Source: an uncultured Brevinematales bacterium
GTDB taxonomy: Bacteria > Spirochaetota > Brevinematia > Brevinematales > CAZQBT01
Reading direction: 5' to 3'
Assembly (NCBI GenBank): GCA_964591955.1
Contig: CAZQBT010000006.1
Location: forward strand, 1,809 to 65,808
DNA: 64,000 nucleotides
Positions 9,577 through 19,206 of this stretch are shown piece by piece; positions within the stretch are counted from its first letter, which is position 1, and each line of letters opens with the position of its first letter. The position numbers and the translations under genes are program-made. The notes below the pieces were generated by a model. It did no database searches. It saw nothing but the letters and a program-made list of their open reading frames with translations, and was not told the origin of the DNA.

Positions 9577-10383
9577 GTTTAATTCAAGCAATCTCTCGGC
9601 ATTTTTGTAAAAAATCATTGTTTCAAACATTTCGCCTAAGTTCAGTCCTTTAATCTTTTCGACAAGTTTGACGGGGTCTGTCCATGGGTAATCGCTGCCG
9701 AAAAGTATCTTGTAGGGTCCATGCCCGTATATTATTTCCTTCATCTGCCATTCTTCCATTTCAAGACAAAAGCCCGTGTCAAAATATACCCCATGCATAC
9801 CCATAAGATATTTTTCCACGTCATCCCACATAAGCCATCCGCCCATATGCGCAAGAACGACTTTCAAATCCCCCTCAAAGGCCTTAATCTGTCCGAAACG
9901 CTTTGGAGTTCCGTGAACACCGTCAAAACCTATATCCCTGCCTGCGTGAAAATAGACAATCAGTCCCAAATCCCTGCATCCCTCGTATATATCGGTCATT
10001 TTAGGGTCATCGGGGTAAAACTCCTGATATTCGGGATGCATTTTTATACCCTTTATTTGTTTCTCTTTGAGAAATTCCAACTCTTCGCGAACGTTTCCTA
10101 TTGAAGAAAAATCCGGGTGAATTGTGCCGAATGATATTACTTTTTTATGTTCGGGATTTTCGTTATATTTAATCATCTTGCGGTTAATCCCCATAACCTG
10201 ATCCGGTTTGGTCGCAATAGGTAAGTTAATTGAAATAGAGATACCGCGTTCTTCCATACTTCTTTTTAAATCAAAAACCGTTCCGTTACCAAGCGCTTTC
10301 ATCCCGGATTCCTCTTCAAGATACTCAATAGTGTATTGTGCAATATTTTCAGGATAAAAATGTGTGTGCGTATCAATAATCAC
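9571..10383 (-). CDS. Amidohydrolase_2 family metal-dependent hydrolase
   Basis: IIDTHTH, GIKMHP, FHAG, LAHMGG and ILFGSDYPW motifs. Confidence 0.88.
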   Translation of the reverse strand: MIIDTHTHFYPENIAQYTIEYLEEESGMKALGNGTVFDLKRSMEERGISISINLPIATKPDQVMGINRKMIKYNENPEHKKVISFGTIHPDFSSIGNVREELEFLKEKQIKGIKMHPEYQEFYPDDPKMTDIYEGCRDLGLIVYFHAGRDIGFDGVHGTPKRFGQIKAFEGDLKVVLAHMGGWLMWDDVEKYLMGMHGVYFDTGFCLEMEEWQMKEIIYGHGPYKILFGSDYPWTDPVKLVEKIKGLNLGEMFETMIFYKNAERLLELNL

Positions 10384-10429
10384 CGCGCCCCTTCCTCCGA
10401 TTTAATTATAAGTTAAAGGAATTTATTAT

Positions 10430-11545
10430 TCAAGAAAGCTCCTTTATATAATCCAAAGCCTTGTCTATTTCGTCAACGGAAACCGAAAAAGAAAACTTAC
10501 CGTCTTTATCAAACACATTGCCGATATCTTCAAGCAAAACTATGTTTATTTTACCCGATTTGTTTTTTTTATCCATAAAAAGCGAAGAACGGATTTTCTC
10601 TTTATTGATTGATTTTATATCCGGCAAAAATCTTAAAAGCTCAAATTTTTTAAGAGTATCGACTATTATATCGAAAATACTTTTTTTAAGCCCCGCCTTT
10701 TCGACAGCAATATACGCCTCGGCAACCATCCCCAAAGCTACGGAAAACCCGTGAGGTATCTTGTAGTCCGAAGCGTTTTCGATAGCGTGTCCTATTGTAT
10801 GTCCGAAATTGAGTATTTGACGAAGTCCTGCTTCCTTTTCGTCCAATTCCACAACACGGGCTTTAATCCCGCAACTTTTTTCGATAACCTGTATTAATAT
10901 TTCTTCGTCTTTTCGGAGAATTTTATCCTTATTTGAACTTAAAAACCCGAAATAATCGCGACTTTTAATAAAACTATGCTTGATAATCTCCGCAAGCCCG
11001 TTTATAAACTCAATTTCGGGGAGAGTAGTAAGAAACCCTACGTCTATTATTGCGGATTGTGGCTGATAAAATGCACCTGCAAGGTTTTTACCCTCAGGAG
11101 TATCGACCCCGGTTTTACCCCCGACCGAACTGTCCACCATAGCAAGCAGGCTTGTCGGCACCTGAATAAACGGAATACCACGCATATAAATCGATGCCAG
11201 AAAGCCTGCCATATCTCCGGTTACCCCTCCCCCGAAAGCAATCATTAGCGATTTCCTGTCGAGGTTGGCTTGTGCTAACTGCGAAAACAGGCTCATTATC
11301 GTATCCATCTTTTTGTTTTCTTCACCTGCGGGAAAAACGGCTTTTACACAGGAAAATTCTTTGAAAATGTCGTTAAGAAAATCCCCGTATATATTATCTA
11401 TGTTTGAATCCGTAACTACCGCTATTTTAGACGGGGACAAGTTATTAAGATACGAATTTATTGTATCTGCAAAAATACCGTTACCGATAGTTATATCGTA
11501 AGATAAATCAACAGCTTTTTCGAGATTGATATGAATTTTTTTCAT
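10430..11545 (-). CDS. aroB: 3-dehydroquinate synthase
   Basis: GGGVTGDMAGF, PTSLLAMVDSSVGGKTG, LNFGHTIGHAIE and PHGFSVALG motifs. Confidence 0.96.
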   Translation of the reverse strand: MKKIHINLEKAVDLSYDITIGNGIFADTINSYLNNLSPSKIAVVTDSNIDNIYGDFLNDIFKEFSCVKAVFPAGEENKKMDTIMSLFSQLAQANLDRKSLMIAFGGGVTGDMAGFLASIYMRGIPFIQVPTSLLAMVDSSVGGKTGVDTPEGKNLAGAFYQPQSAIIDVGFLTTLPEIEFINGLAEIIKHSFIKSRDYFGFLSSNKDKILRKDEEILIQVIEKSCGIKARVVELDEKEAGLRQILNFGHTIGHAIENASDYKIPHGFSVALGMVAEAYIAVEKAGLKKSIFDIIVDTLKKFELLRFLPDIKSINKEKIRSSLFMDKKNKSGKINIVLLEDIGNVFDKDGKFSFSVSVDEIDKALDYIKELS

Positions 11546-11548
11546 TTC

Positions 11549-13645
11549 TTATTCCTGTAAATTAATAGTTTTCAGTTTCTTTCCGCAAATTTTTTGAAAC
11601 CGTGATTTAATGTCATCATCCATAGTAAGATACAAAACCTGCCACCCCTCTTCAACAAGCGCCTTGGTTTCTTCGATAAGGTAGTCCCGTCTTTCCCAAT
11701 CTGAATACTGGAAAGCATCGTCAAGTATAAAGAACAACGAATTTTCGCCCGTAAGTTTTCGGGCTATTCCTACACGAAGCGCAAGTAAAACCTGCTCACG
11801 CGCCCCTGTGCTTAATTCGCTTAACTTGAAAGAGCGACCATCCCCGTCATTTAAGACAAGCTCCTCGCCGTCAAAGCGGATTTTATTATATCTTTTGGTG
11901 AATTTATAAATAAGGTCTGTAATAGACTTATCGTTAATTATTTCCTCAATTTCACTATCCTCTTCTTTAATGAATTCTTCAAGCACGTCTTTTACGCAAT
12001 GCCCCGCTATCATAAGCGAAAGGTTTTTGCTGATTTCGTTTTTGTATTCAAGGATTTTTGCCTCTATTCTTTCGGATATTTCCTCATCGGATAAATTCAA
12101 GGTGCTTCCGATATAATCGGACAATTTATCTTTTAAAGAAACCCAATCATTGTTTTTGCTTTGTATAGCCTCTTCCATTACTCTGATTTTATTATCAATT
12201 TCATCAAGTTCATTTTGCGAAAACTCTGTGTTTGCAGGGTCTCTTCTAAAATCATTTTCCTTAATATTCAAAGAAGAAAACTCTTGTTGAATTTCACTTA
12301 GGTTTTTCTCTAAACTCCCGCGTTTTATCTTCAGATTTCGGAGCGTCTCCTTCCACAAATCTTCCGTAACATCAATCCCCAAGTTATTAAAGAGGTTATC
12401 AATCTCTATTTTAAGCCCTTTTATTTGGAAAGCCTTATCCTCGTAATCTTTTTTTATATAATTATTTTTTTCAATTTGTCTTTTAAGACTTTCTTTTTCG
12501 GTATCAAAATCCGCCTCGGAATTTAATTCTCTGTTGAATTTTTTATAAAAATCCTCGCGAATTTTCATCAATTCATTTGATTCAAGGTCAATTTTCCCCT
12601 TCCTGTTTAAAAACCAAAGTATAGTAAAAATCGAAAGAGAAACAAACCCCGTCGCGGTAACTATTACTTGCGCTAAAAACGGAAAAACAAAAATCGAAAC
12701 ACCGACCGCTAATAAAGCAACCAAACTTAACAGCAAAAGAAATGTTGCAAGCCCACGTTTTTGTTTGTTACGGTTTTCGTTGTATATTTTTTTGGATATT
12801 TCAAGCCAATCTATCAGATAGTCCAAATCCTTATAGCCTTCAATTTCTTTTTGCAGATTAAAGCATTCCTGCTTAACCTTTTCATATTCGCTTATTTTCT
12901 GGGATAGCATATACAAGTCATCTTGCGAGATATAAACGATTTCATTGCGCAGTTTGTCTATTTCCTGCTTCAGTTTAAATGCGTAATACCGTTTTGCTTT
13001 TATGAGTTCCTGTTTTTCCTTTTCGATATTAGACTTTTGATATTCAAAGCGTTGTATTTCCAATCGAATCGGGCTTTGATAATACTTTTCGGATAAACTT
13101 TTGAGGTTGCCGAGTTCATGCGAGGTGTCTAAATGAGTTTTGTTCGCGCCCTGCTTGTTTCCCGTAATAATTCCATTTTCAAGCGAGGTATATCCGGTTT
13201 CATTAGGTATTTGACTTTTTACACGACGATAAACATCCTGTCTCGATAAAAGCTCTTTGATTCTGCTTTTAGTAACGCCTGCGCCGTCTATCCCGCTTTC
13301 CGCACCCTTGATATACAATAAACGAAACAGGCTTTTCGGCAGAGTATTATCTTTTTGAATTAGTATGTCGTCTATCTTTTGCTTATAGTCGGGTGAAAAC
13401 TCAAGATTATTTTTATTATCAAATCCGCTTATTATAACCTTAGCCCCGCCGCTGAATGACCTTGCCCGCAAATCCCTGCTTGTTTCTTTGTCGATATCAA
13501 AAACAGATTTGATAAGATTTTCAACAATCGTCGTTTTTCCTCTTTCATTTTTACCGTAAATCAAGGTTAAGGATGGGATTTCATAGTCGAAATCAATCAA
13601 AGGACCTGAGTTTACAATCTTTATTTTATCTATCTTAATAGCCAT
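11549..13645 (-). CDS. SMC/Rad50-like ABC ATPase (YhaN/SbcE-like) with a central transmembrane hairpin
   Basis: Walker A GKNERGKTT, long coiled coil, signature LSTGAREQ, Walker B FILDDAF; two hydrophobic helices mid-protein. Confidence 0.8.
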   Translation of the reverse strand: MAIKIDKIKIVNSGPLIDFDYEIPSLTLIYGKNERGKTTIVENLIKSVFDIDKETSRDLRARSFSGGAKVIISGFDNKNNLEFSPDYKQKIDDILIQKDNTLPKSLFRLLYIKGAESGIDGAGVTKSRIKELLSRQDVYRRVKSQIPNETGYTSLENGIITGNKQGANKTHLDTSHELGNLKSLSEKYYQSPIRLEIQRFEYQKSNIEKEKQELIKAKRYYAFKLKQEIDKLRNEIVYISQDDLYMLSQKISEYEKVKQECFNLQKEIEGYKDLDYLIDWLEISKKIYNENRNKQKRGLATFLLLLSLVALLAVGVSIFVFPFLAQVIVTATGFVSLSIFTILWFLNRKGKIDLESNELMKIREDFYKKFNRELNSEADFDTEKESLKRQIEKNNYIKKDYEDKAFQIKGLKIEIDNLFNNLGIDVTEDLWKETLRNLKIKRGSLEKNLSEIQQEFSSLNIKENDFRRDPANTEFSQNELDEIDNKIRVMEEAIQSKNNDWVSLKDKLSDYIGSTLNLSDEEISERIEAKILEYKNEISKNLSLMIAGHCVKDVLEEFIKEEDSEIEEIINDKSITDLIYKFTKRYNKIRFDGEELVLNDGDGRSFKLSELSTGAREQVLLALRVGIARKLTGENSLFFILDDAFQYSDWERRDYLIEETKALVEEGWQVLYLTMDDDIKSRFQKICGKKLKTINLQE

Positions 13646-13647
13646 AC

Positions 13648-14712
13648 TTATTTCTCCGAATACACAATTTCAAGGGCTTTACGCAAAGCGAGTTTTTTTA
13701 ATTCATCCGCGTTATCATAATTAAGATTTAATTCCTCGATTTTTCGGGTGATATTTCCGGCAATCACCGCGAGGTCTTTATCGGCTTGGATTTTAAGGCC
13801 TTCAATATCCGGACTTTCCACTAAATTTGCCCCTTTTTTTTCTATAACCCCCGATACGGTTTTCGCCACACCCTCACGGGAACTGCAAAATCCCCAAATC
13901 CTGAGTTTAATATAAACGTTTGACGGAATAATATCGCCGACATATTCTCTCTCAAAGTCCGACCATTGCTTATTAAACTGTGCTTCTACCTGTGCAGCCT
14001 CGTTATCATCGGGTATAATAAAAAACTCCATATCAATATAAACCGGCGGCGCTACAAGATACAAACTGCTCGCCTTTAATGTTTCGGTATCCAAGACAAG
14101 AACCCTTCTTTGTCCCGTCTCGCTATTGCGAACAGGATAAGGCGAGCCGGCATAAACAACCCGTCCGTTTTCAATCTCCATAGGTTTATGCAAATGACCG
14201 AGTAAAACCAAATTCGGTTCAAATATACTAATATCGCTTCTTGTTAATGGAAAATACCCTATTTCTCCGCCGTTCAAATCAACTTGCTTACGTTCAAAAT
14301 CGCAATGTGAAACCAAGACCCATTTTTGCGCTCGGTTTTTGCCCGTCCAATAATTATTTAGCAATTTCCCGGCAAAAGCGCTCTCCTTGTAAGGCAGAAA
14401 TAATATATCAAGCCCGTCAAAGTTTCTCATTACGCTTTCTTCCATAACTTCTATATTTTGAGCGCTGAATTTATGATTACTAATTTGTATATCGTGATTA
14501 CCCGGTATAATCAAAAAATTAAATTTTGTGTATTTTTCGGCAAGCGTATCCAAATCACTGTAACCGTCATAATCTTTGTCAAGCGTATCGCCCGCCAAAA
14601 CCATAGTTGAAATATCTTCATTAATAAGGATATTTATAATTCCCTCTAAATTTGCAAACCTTTCCCCGTTCTTTGAGTTAAGATGCAAATCTGCGGTAAC
14701 GGCTATTTTCAT
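13648..14712 (-). CDS. Mre11/SbcD-like metallophosphoesterase (YhaO-like nuclease)
   Basis: ADLHL, AGD, PGNHD, LGHLH and YAGSP motifs; adjacent to the SMC-like ATPase. Confidence 0.85.
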   Translation of the reverse strand: MKIAVTADLHLNSKNGERFANLEGIINILINEDISTMVLAGDTLDKDYDGYSDLDTLAEKYTKFNFLIIPGNHDIQISNHKFSAQNIEVMEESVMRNFDGLDILFLPYKESAFAGKLLNNYWTGKNRAQKWVLVSHCDFERKQVDLNGGEIGYFPLTRSDISIFEPNLVLLGHLHKPMEIENGRVVYAGSPYPVRNSETGQRRVLVLDTETLKASSLYLVAPPVYIDMEFFIIPDDNEAAQVEAQFNKQWSDFEREYVGDIIPSNVYIKLRIWGFCSSREGVAKTVSGVIEKKGANLVESPDIEGLKIQADKDLAVIAGNITRKIEELNLNYDNADELKKLALRKALEIVYSEK

Positions 14713-15203
14713 AATTTCCCCGCGCTAATTTGAATTACAATTATTCTATGAAGTAACGCCTCTTATGTCAAGTATTTTGCCTTCTAACAAAAATTGATTG
14801 ATTGTGCTGCATAATTTGATATTTTTGCTTTTATACTTTAAAATTATACCTTATATTGTAATTAACTATATACCACATAAGAAAAGATAAGAAAAAGAAG
14901 GTGCGGGCAAGTATGGTATTCCGTTTGTTCAATAATCATTCTGATTTGATTGTCTCACGAAGGGTTATATTGAATTTTAATAATTTAGGGCAAAACTCAG
15001 GTTTAAAATTAATCAATCGAAGATTTTTTAGAATCTTTCGTTCTTTCCATATTCTTTTATGCGCATATCAAATTTGCGTTTTAGCTTTATCTTTGGTAAT
15101 TTTTTACAATAATAAAACTCGCTTAAATTTTACCTCAATAAGGCTCATTTGCTAAACCTTTTTTCTTTTACCGAACTTTAACTAAACAAAAGGAGCGTAT
15201 AAT

Positions 15204-16085
15204 ATGGATCATCTTCAACAGCTTGAAAATACAAGCGTCCATATACTACGGGAAGCCTATGCTAATTTTAAAAATATGTGTATGCTATGGTCGATAGGAA
15301 AAGACAGCACGGTGCTTTTATGGCTTGCGCGCAAGGCATTTTTCGGGCATGTCCCCTTCCCTTTAGTGCATATAGATACTTCATTCAAAATTCCCGAAAT
15401 GATAGAATACCGCGACCGTCTGACGGCAGAATGGCGTCTCACTATGATTTACGGTCAAAACTTGGATGCTTTGGAAGAAAAGAAAACCTTTCCCGACGGT
15501 AACATTGACCGCATAACCTGTTGTAAACTTCTTAAAAGCGAAGCTCTTAAAAACACGTTAAGCGGTAAATGGAAACGTTTTAGGTTTAACCATGAGAAAG
15601 GCAAGTATGAGGTGGATAAAAACACCGAACCTTATATCGGCGTTATTGTCGGGGTGCGTGCCGATGAGGAGGGGTCTCGCTCTAAGGAAAGATATTTCTC
15701 ACCGAGAGATAGAGAAAGCGACTGGGATATCGGAGACCAGCCACCGGAATTTTGGAATCAGTTTAAAACCGATTTTGCTCCCGGGACCCATATCCGTATC
15801 CATCCTTTGCTTGACTGGACGGAACTTAATATCTGGGAATACATAAAACGCGAAAATATACCCACGGTTTCGCTTTACTATAATCAAGGCGATAACAAGC
15901 GGTATCGTTCGCTCGGGTGTGATCCCTGCACTTATCCCGTTGATTCTTCGGCAAAAAACGTGGATGAGATAATCGAAGAGCTTAAGACCGGCAAATTCGC
16001 ACATATTGCGGAACGTTCCGGTCGTGCGCAGGATAAAGACGACGGCGGCGGACTTGAAACTCTACGCCGCGGCGGATATATGTAA
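15204..16085 (+). CDS. cysD: Sulfate adenylyltransferase subunit 2
   Basis: [38 protein letters not shown] and [10 protein letters not shown] motifs. Confidence 0.93.
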   Translation: MDHLQQLENTSVHILREAYANFKNMCMLWSIGKDSTVLLWLARKAFFGHVPFPLVHIDTSFKIPEMIEYRDRLTAEWRLTMIYGQNLDALEEKKTFPDGNIDRITCCKLLKSEALKNTLSGKWKRFRFNHEKGKYEVDKNTEPYIGVIVGVRADEEGSRSKERYFSPRDRESDWDIGDQPPEFWNQFKTDFAPGTHIRIHPLLDWTELNIWEYIKRENIPTVSLYYNQGDNKRYRSLGCDPCTYPVDSSAKNVDEIIEELKTGKFAHIAERSGRAQDKDDGGGLETLRRGGYM

Positions 16086-16095
16086 GGGGATTTAT

Positions 16096-17886
16096 ATGCA
16101 AAAACAAAAAATGAATATCGTTATAGCAGGTCATGTTGACCACGGCAAAAGCACCGTTATAGGCCGTCTTCTTGCCGATACTCAAACTCTCCCCGAAGGA
16201 AAGCTTGAAAGCCTGAAGGAGATGTGCGAACGTAATTCAAAGCCTTTTGAATATGCGTTTCTTATCGATGCTTTAAAAGATGAGCAGGCTCAGGGTATTA
16301 CTATCGACGCAGCAAGAGTATTTTTCAAAACCTCAAAAAGAGATTATATTATTATCGATGCACCCGGACATATAGAATTTTTAAAAAATATGGTTACGGG
16401 AGCCTCCCGTGCAGAGGCGGCACTTCTTGTTATTGATGCCAAAGAAGGGGTGCGGGAAAACTCAAGAAGACACGGGTATATGCTTTCTATGCTCGGCATA
16501 ACTCAAATCGCTGTCTTGGTTAATAAGATGGATTTGGTTGACTACGATGAAACGGTTTTCAAAAATATTGTAGCGGAATATTCCGAATTCCTGAATGAAA
16601 TAAAGATTACCCCTTCGGCTTTTATCCCCGTTAGCGGTATGGATGGCGATAATATCGCATCTCTAAGCGACAAAACCGAATGGTATAAAGGGGACACGGT
16701 TCTTGAGGTTCTCGATAATTTTAAAAAGGAAAAAGCATTGTCCGACAAGCCGTTCCGTATGCCCGTTCAGGATGTTTATAAATTTACCAAGTTCGGCGAT
16801 GACAGAAGGATTATGGTCGGAACAGTGGAAACCGGCTCTGTCTCCATAGGCGATACGGTTATATTCTACCCGTCCGGCAAAAAAAGCAAAATTAAATCAT
16901 TTGAAAGTTTCAATACTTCACCTATTAAAAACGCAAGTGCCGGATATGCCTCAGGTTTTACCCTTGATGAACAGATTTACGTTACACGGGGTGAGGTTGC
17001 GGTAAAAAAGGAAGAGCAACGCCCAGAGGTTACATCGCGTATCCGTGCAAATATATTTTGGCTCGGCAAGAAACCGATGGTCAAAAAAAAGGAATATTTC
17101 CTCAAAACGGGAACGGCAAAGGTCAGCGCCCGCATTGAAAAAGTTGTCCGCGTAATAGATGCATCCAACCTTCAATCGTCGGAAAATAAGCAACAAATCG
17201 AAAGACATGATGTTGCGGAATGTATCTTAAATCTCGGTAAAGCCATTGCTTTCGATACATCCGAAAATATTTCACAAACAAGCAGGTTTGTGATTATCGA
17301 CGATTATGAAATTTGCGGAGGAGGAATTATCCGCCAAGGGCTTTCCGATAAGCAATCCGATGCACGGGACCAGATTTTATTGCGAAACTATAAATGGGAT
17401 AAAAGCATCATTTCAACCGTAGAACGTGCGGAACGATATAACCAGAAATCCGCCCTCATAGTAATTACGGGCGAAGAGGATACCGGCAAAAAACCTTTAG
17501 CGCGAAAACTTGAAGAAAACCTTTTTCGCGAGGGCAAATTCGTTTATTTCCTTGGAATAGGCAATGTTCTTTACGGGGTTGATGCCGATATACGGGATAG
17601 CGATGAGAGAAGCGAACATATCCGCAGACTTGCAGAAATCGCGCATATATTGCTTGATACGGGAATGATTTTAATAATAACCGCAAAATCGCTTACACAG
17701 GAGGATTTAGAGCTTATTAAAATGAGCGTAAATCCCGATGATATACTTTCGGTTTGGGTCGGCGACAAAATTACTACCGATTTGGAATGCGATATGCATA
17801 TTTCGGGAAATGATACAACCGAGGAATCCTGCAACAGGATTAAGGGAATTCTTCAGGAAAGCGGCGTTATTTTTAAACCTTGGTAA
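16096..17886 (+). CDS. cysN: Sulfate adenylyltransferase subunit 1 (GTPase) fused to a degenerate APS-kinase-like domain
   Basis: [20 protein letters not shown] and NKMD G-motifs. The C-terminal CysC-like domain has the P-loop altered to TGEEDTGKK. Confidence 0.93.
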   Translation: MQKQKMNIVIAGHVDHGKSTVIGRLLADTQTLPEGKLESLKEMCERNSKPFEYAFLIDALKDEQAQGITIDAARVFFKTSKRDYIIIDAPGHIEFLKNMVTGASRAEAALLVIDAKEGVRENSRRHGYMLSMLGITQIAVLVNKMDLVDYDETVFKNIVAEYSEFLNEIKITPSAFIPVSGMDGDNIASLSDKTEWYKGDTVLEVLDNFKKEKALSDKPFRMPVQDVYKFTKFGDDRRIMVGTVETGSVSIGDTVIFYPSGKKSKIKSFESFNTSPIKNASAGYASGFTLDEQIYVTRGEVAVKKEEQRPEVTSRIRANIFWLGKKPMVKKKEYFLKTGTAKVSARIEKVVRVIDASNLQSSENKQQIERHDVAECILNLGKAIAFDTSENISQTSRFVIIDDYEICGGGIIRQGLSDKQSDARDQILLRNYKWDKSIISTVERAERYNQKSALIVITGEEDTGKKPLARKLEENLFREGKFVYFLGIGNVLYGVDADIRDSDERSEHIRRLAEIAHILLDTGMILIITAKSLTQEDLELIKMSVNPDDILSVWVGDKITTDLECDMHISGNDTTEESCNRIKGILQESGVIFKPW

Positions 17887-17900
17887 AAAAATATAAGTAG

Positions 17901-19190
17901 GTGGGTTTTATGGGAACTGATTATATCTTAAAGTGTCTTGAATGTGGTAAAGAAATCGATAATGACGAACTTCAGCTTGTTTGCCCGATTGAGCATAGAC
18001 CGTCATTTTTGAGGGCTATTTATAAAAACAAAAAATTGGAAGTAAAAGACGAAACATTGGGGTTTTATAAATTTTCAGACTGGCTTCCGATTAAGCGTAT
18101 GCTTAAAAATTCAAGCGCTCCCGTTACTTACAGGAGTCAAAAACTCGCGGAACGTATAGGAATCCCTAACCTGTATATTACCTTTAACGGATATTTCCCC
18201 GAAATCGGGGCTAATATGACAACCGGCAGTTTTAAGGAATGTGAAGCATATTCGGTTTGCGCAAGATTACCGGATGATTTTTCGGATGTCTTGGTTGTAG
18301 CCTCGGCAGGCAATACCGCCCGCGCATTTGCCAAAGTATGCTCGGACAACAATATTAATCTCTTGCTTGTCGTTCCCGAAAAAAATATTGAGGCTTTATG
18401 GTTTGCAGAAGAATTAAACCCATGCGTAAAACTTCTTTGCGCAGGAGCAGACAGCGATTATTCCGATGCTATTTATTTATCGGAATTAGTATGTAAGATT
18501 AAGGGTTTTGTCGCGGAGGGCGGCGCTAATAATGTTGCGCGCAGAGACGGTATGGGAACAACCGTATTATCCGCCGTTACTACTATCGGTCAAATCCCCG
18601 ATTATTATTTTCAAGCAGTCGGAAGCGGAACCGGTGCTATCGCCGCATGGGAGGCTAACCTTCGTTTTATCGAAAGCAAAGATTACGGCAATAAAAAAAT
18701 GAAACTTATTCTTTCCCAAAATGACCCTTTTCTTTTGCTTAAACAATCATGGGAAACCCGTAAACGCGAGCTTTTTAAAATTGACGAAAGAGAGGCAAAA
18801 GCTCAGATTTTTACAATCAATGCCAAGGTACTTTCCAACAGAAACCCTCCCTACGGTATAGTCGGCGGACTTTATGATGCATTGTGGGATACAGACGGTA
18901 TAATTCTCGGTGCAACAAACGATGAGGCGCGTTTAGCGGGAATTTGGTTTAAAGAAGCCGAAAAAATTGATATTTCGCCTGCAGCCTCCGTTGCCCTTGC
19001 TTCTCTGATACAATCCGTTCAATCCGAATTGATTGATACGGACAAAATTATTATGCTCAATATTACAGGCGGCGGTATAGAAAGGTTCAAAACCGAACAT
19101 AAAATTATCTATCTTAAACCGGCTAAGGTAATCAACAGGGAAGATTTCAGTATAGATAAAATCAAAAAAGCTATAGAAAAATTATTTTAA
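17901..19190 (+). CDS. Cysteate synthase (threonine-synthase-like PLP enzyme)
   Basis: N-terminal Zn-ribbon-like CxxC, TTGSFKECEA (PLP Lys), ASAGNTARAF, EGGANNVARRDGMGT, YFQAVGSGTGAIAAWEA and VLSNRNPPY. Embedded in a sulfate-activation cluster. Alternative start at ATG 17910. Confidence 0.85.
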   Translation: MGFMGTDYILKCLECGKEIDNDELQLVCPIEHRPSFLRAIYKNKKLEVKDETLGFYKFSDWLPIKRMLKNSSAPVTYRSQKLAERIGIPNLYITFNGYFPEIGANMTTGSFKECEAYSVCARLPDDFSDVLVVASAGNTARAFAKVCSDNNINLLLVVPEKNIEALWFAEELNPCVKLLCAGADSDYSDAIYLSELVCKIKGFVAEGGANNVARRDGMGTTVLSAVTTIGQIPDYYFQAVGSGTGAIAAWEANLRFIESKDYGNKKMKLILSQNDPFLLLKQSWETRKRELFKIDEREAKAQIFTINAKVLSNRNPPYGIVGGLYDALWDTDGIILGATNDEARLAGIWFKEAEKIDISPAASVALASLIQSVQSELIDTDKIIMLNITGGGIERFKTEHKIIYLKPAKVINREDFSIDKIKKAIEKLF

Positions 19191-19206
19191 TGGAGGAATA
19201 AATAGG

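Noticed and set aside
11549..14712. Wadjet/Lamassu-type defence island
   Set aside because: No kleisin/KITE or effector partners, it is embedded with aroB, and the architecture fits YhaO/YhaN
14713..15203. SAM or other riboswitch, or the 84 aa ORF (14901-15155), upstream of cysD
   Set aside because: I see no SAM-I core or terminator/antiterminator by eye, and the ORF has low-complexity AT-driven composition. An Rfam scan would be needed to exclude an RNA fully.
17901..19190. Threonine synthase call
   Set aside because: SFKECEA replaces the ThrC SFKDR motif, the EGGA.NVARRDG segment fits cysteate synthase, and the context is sulfur activation
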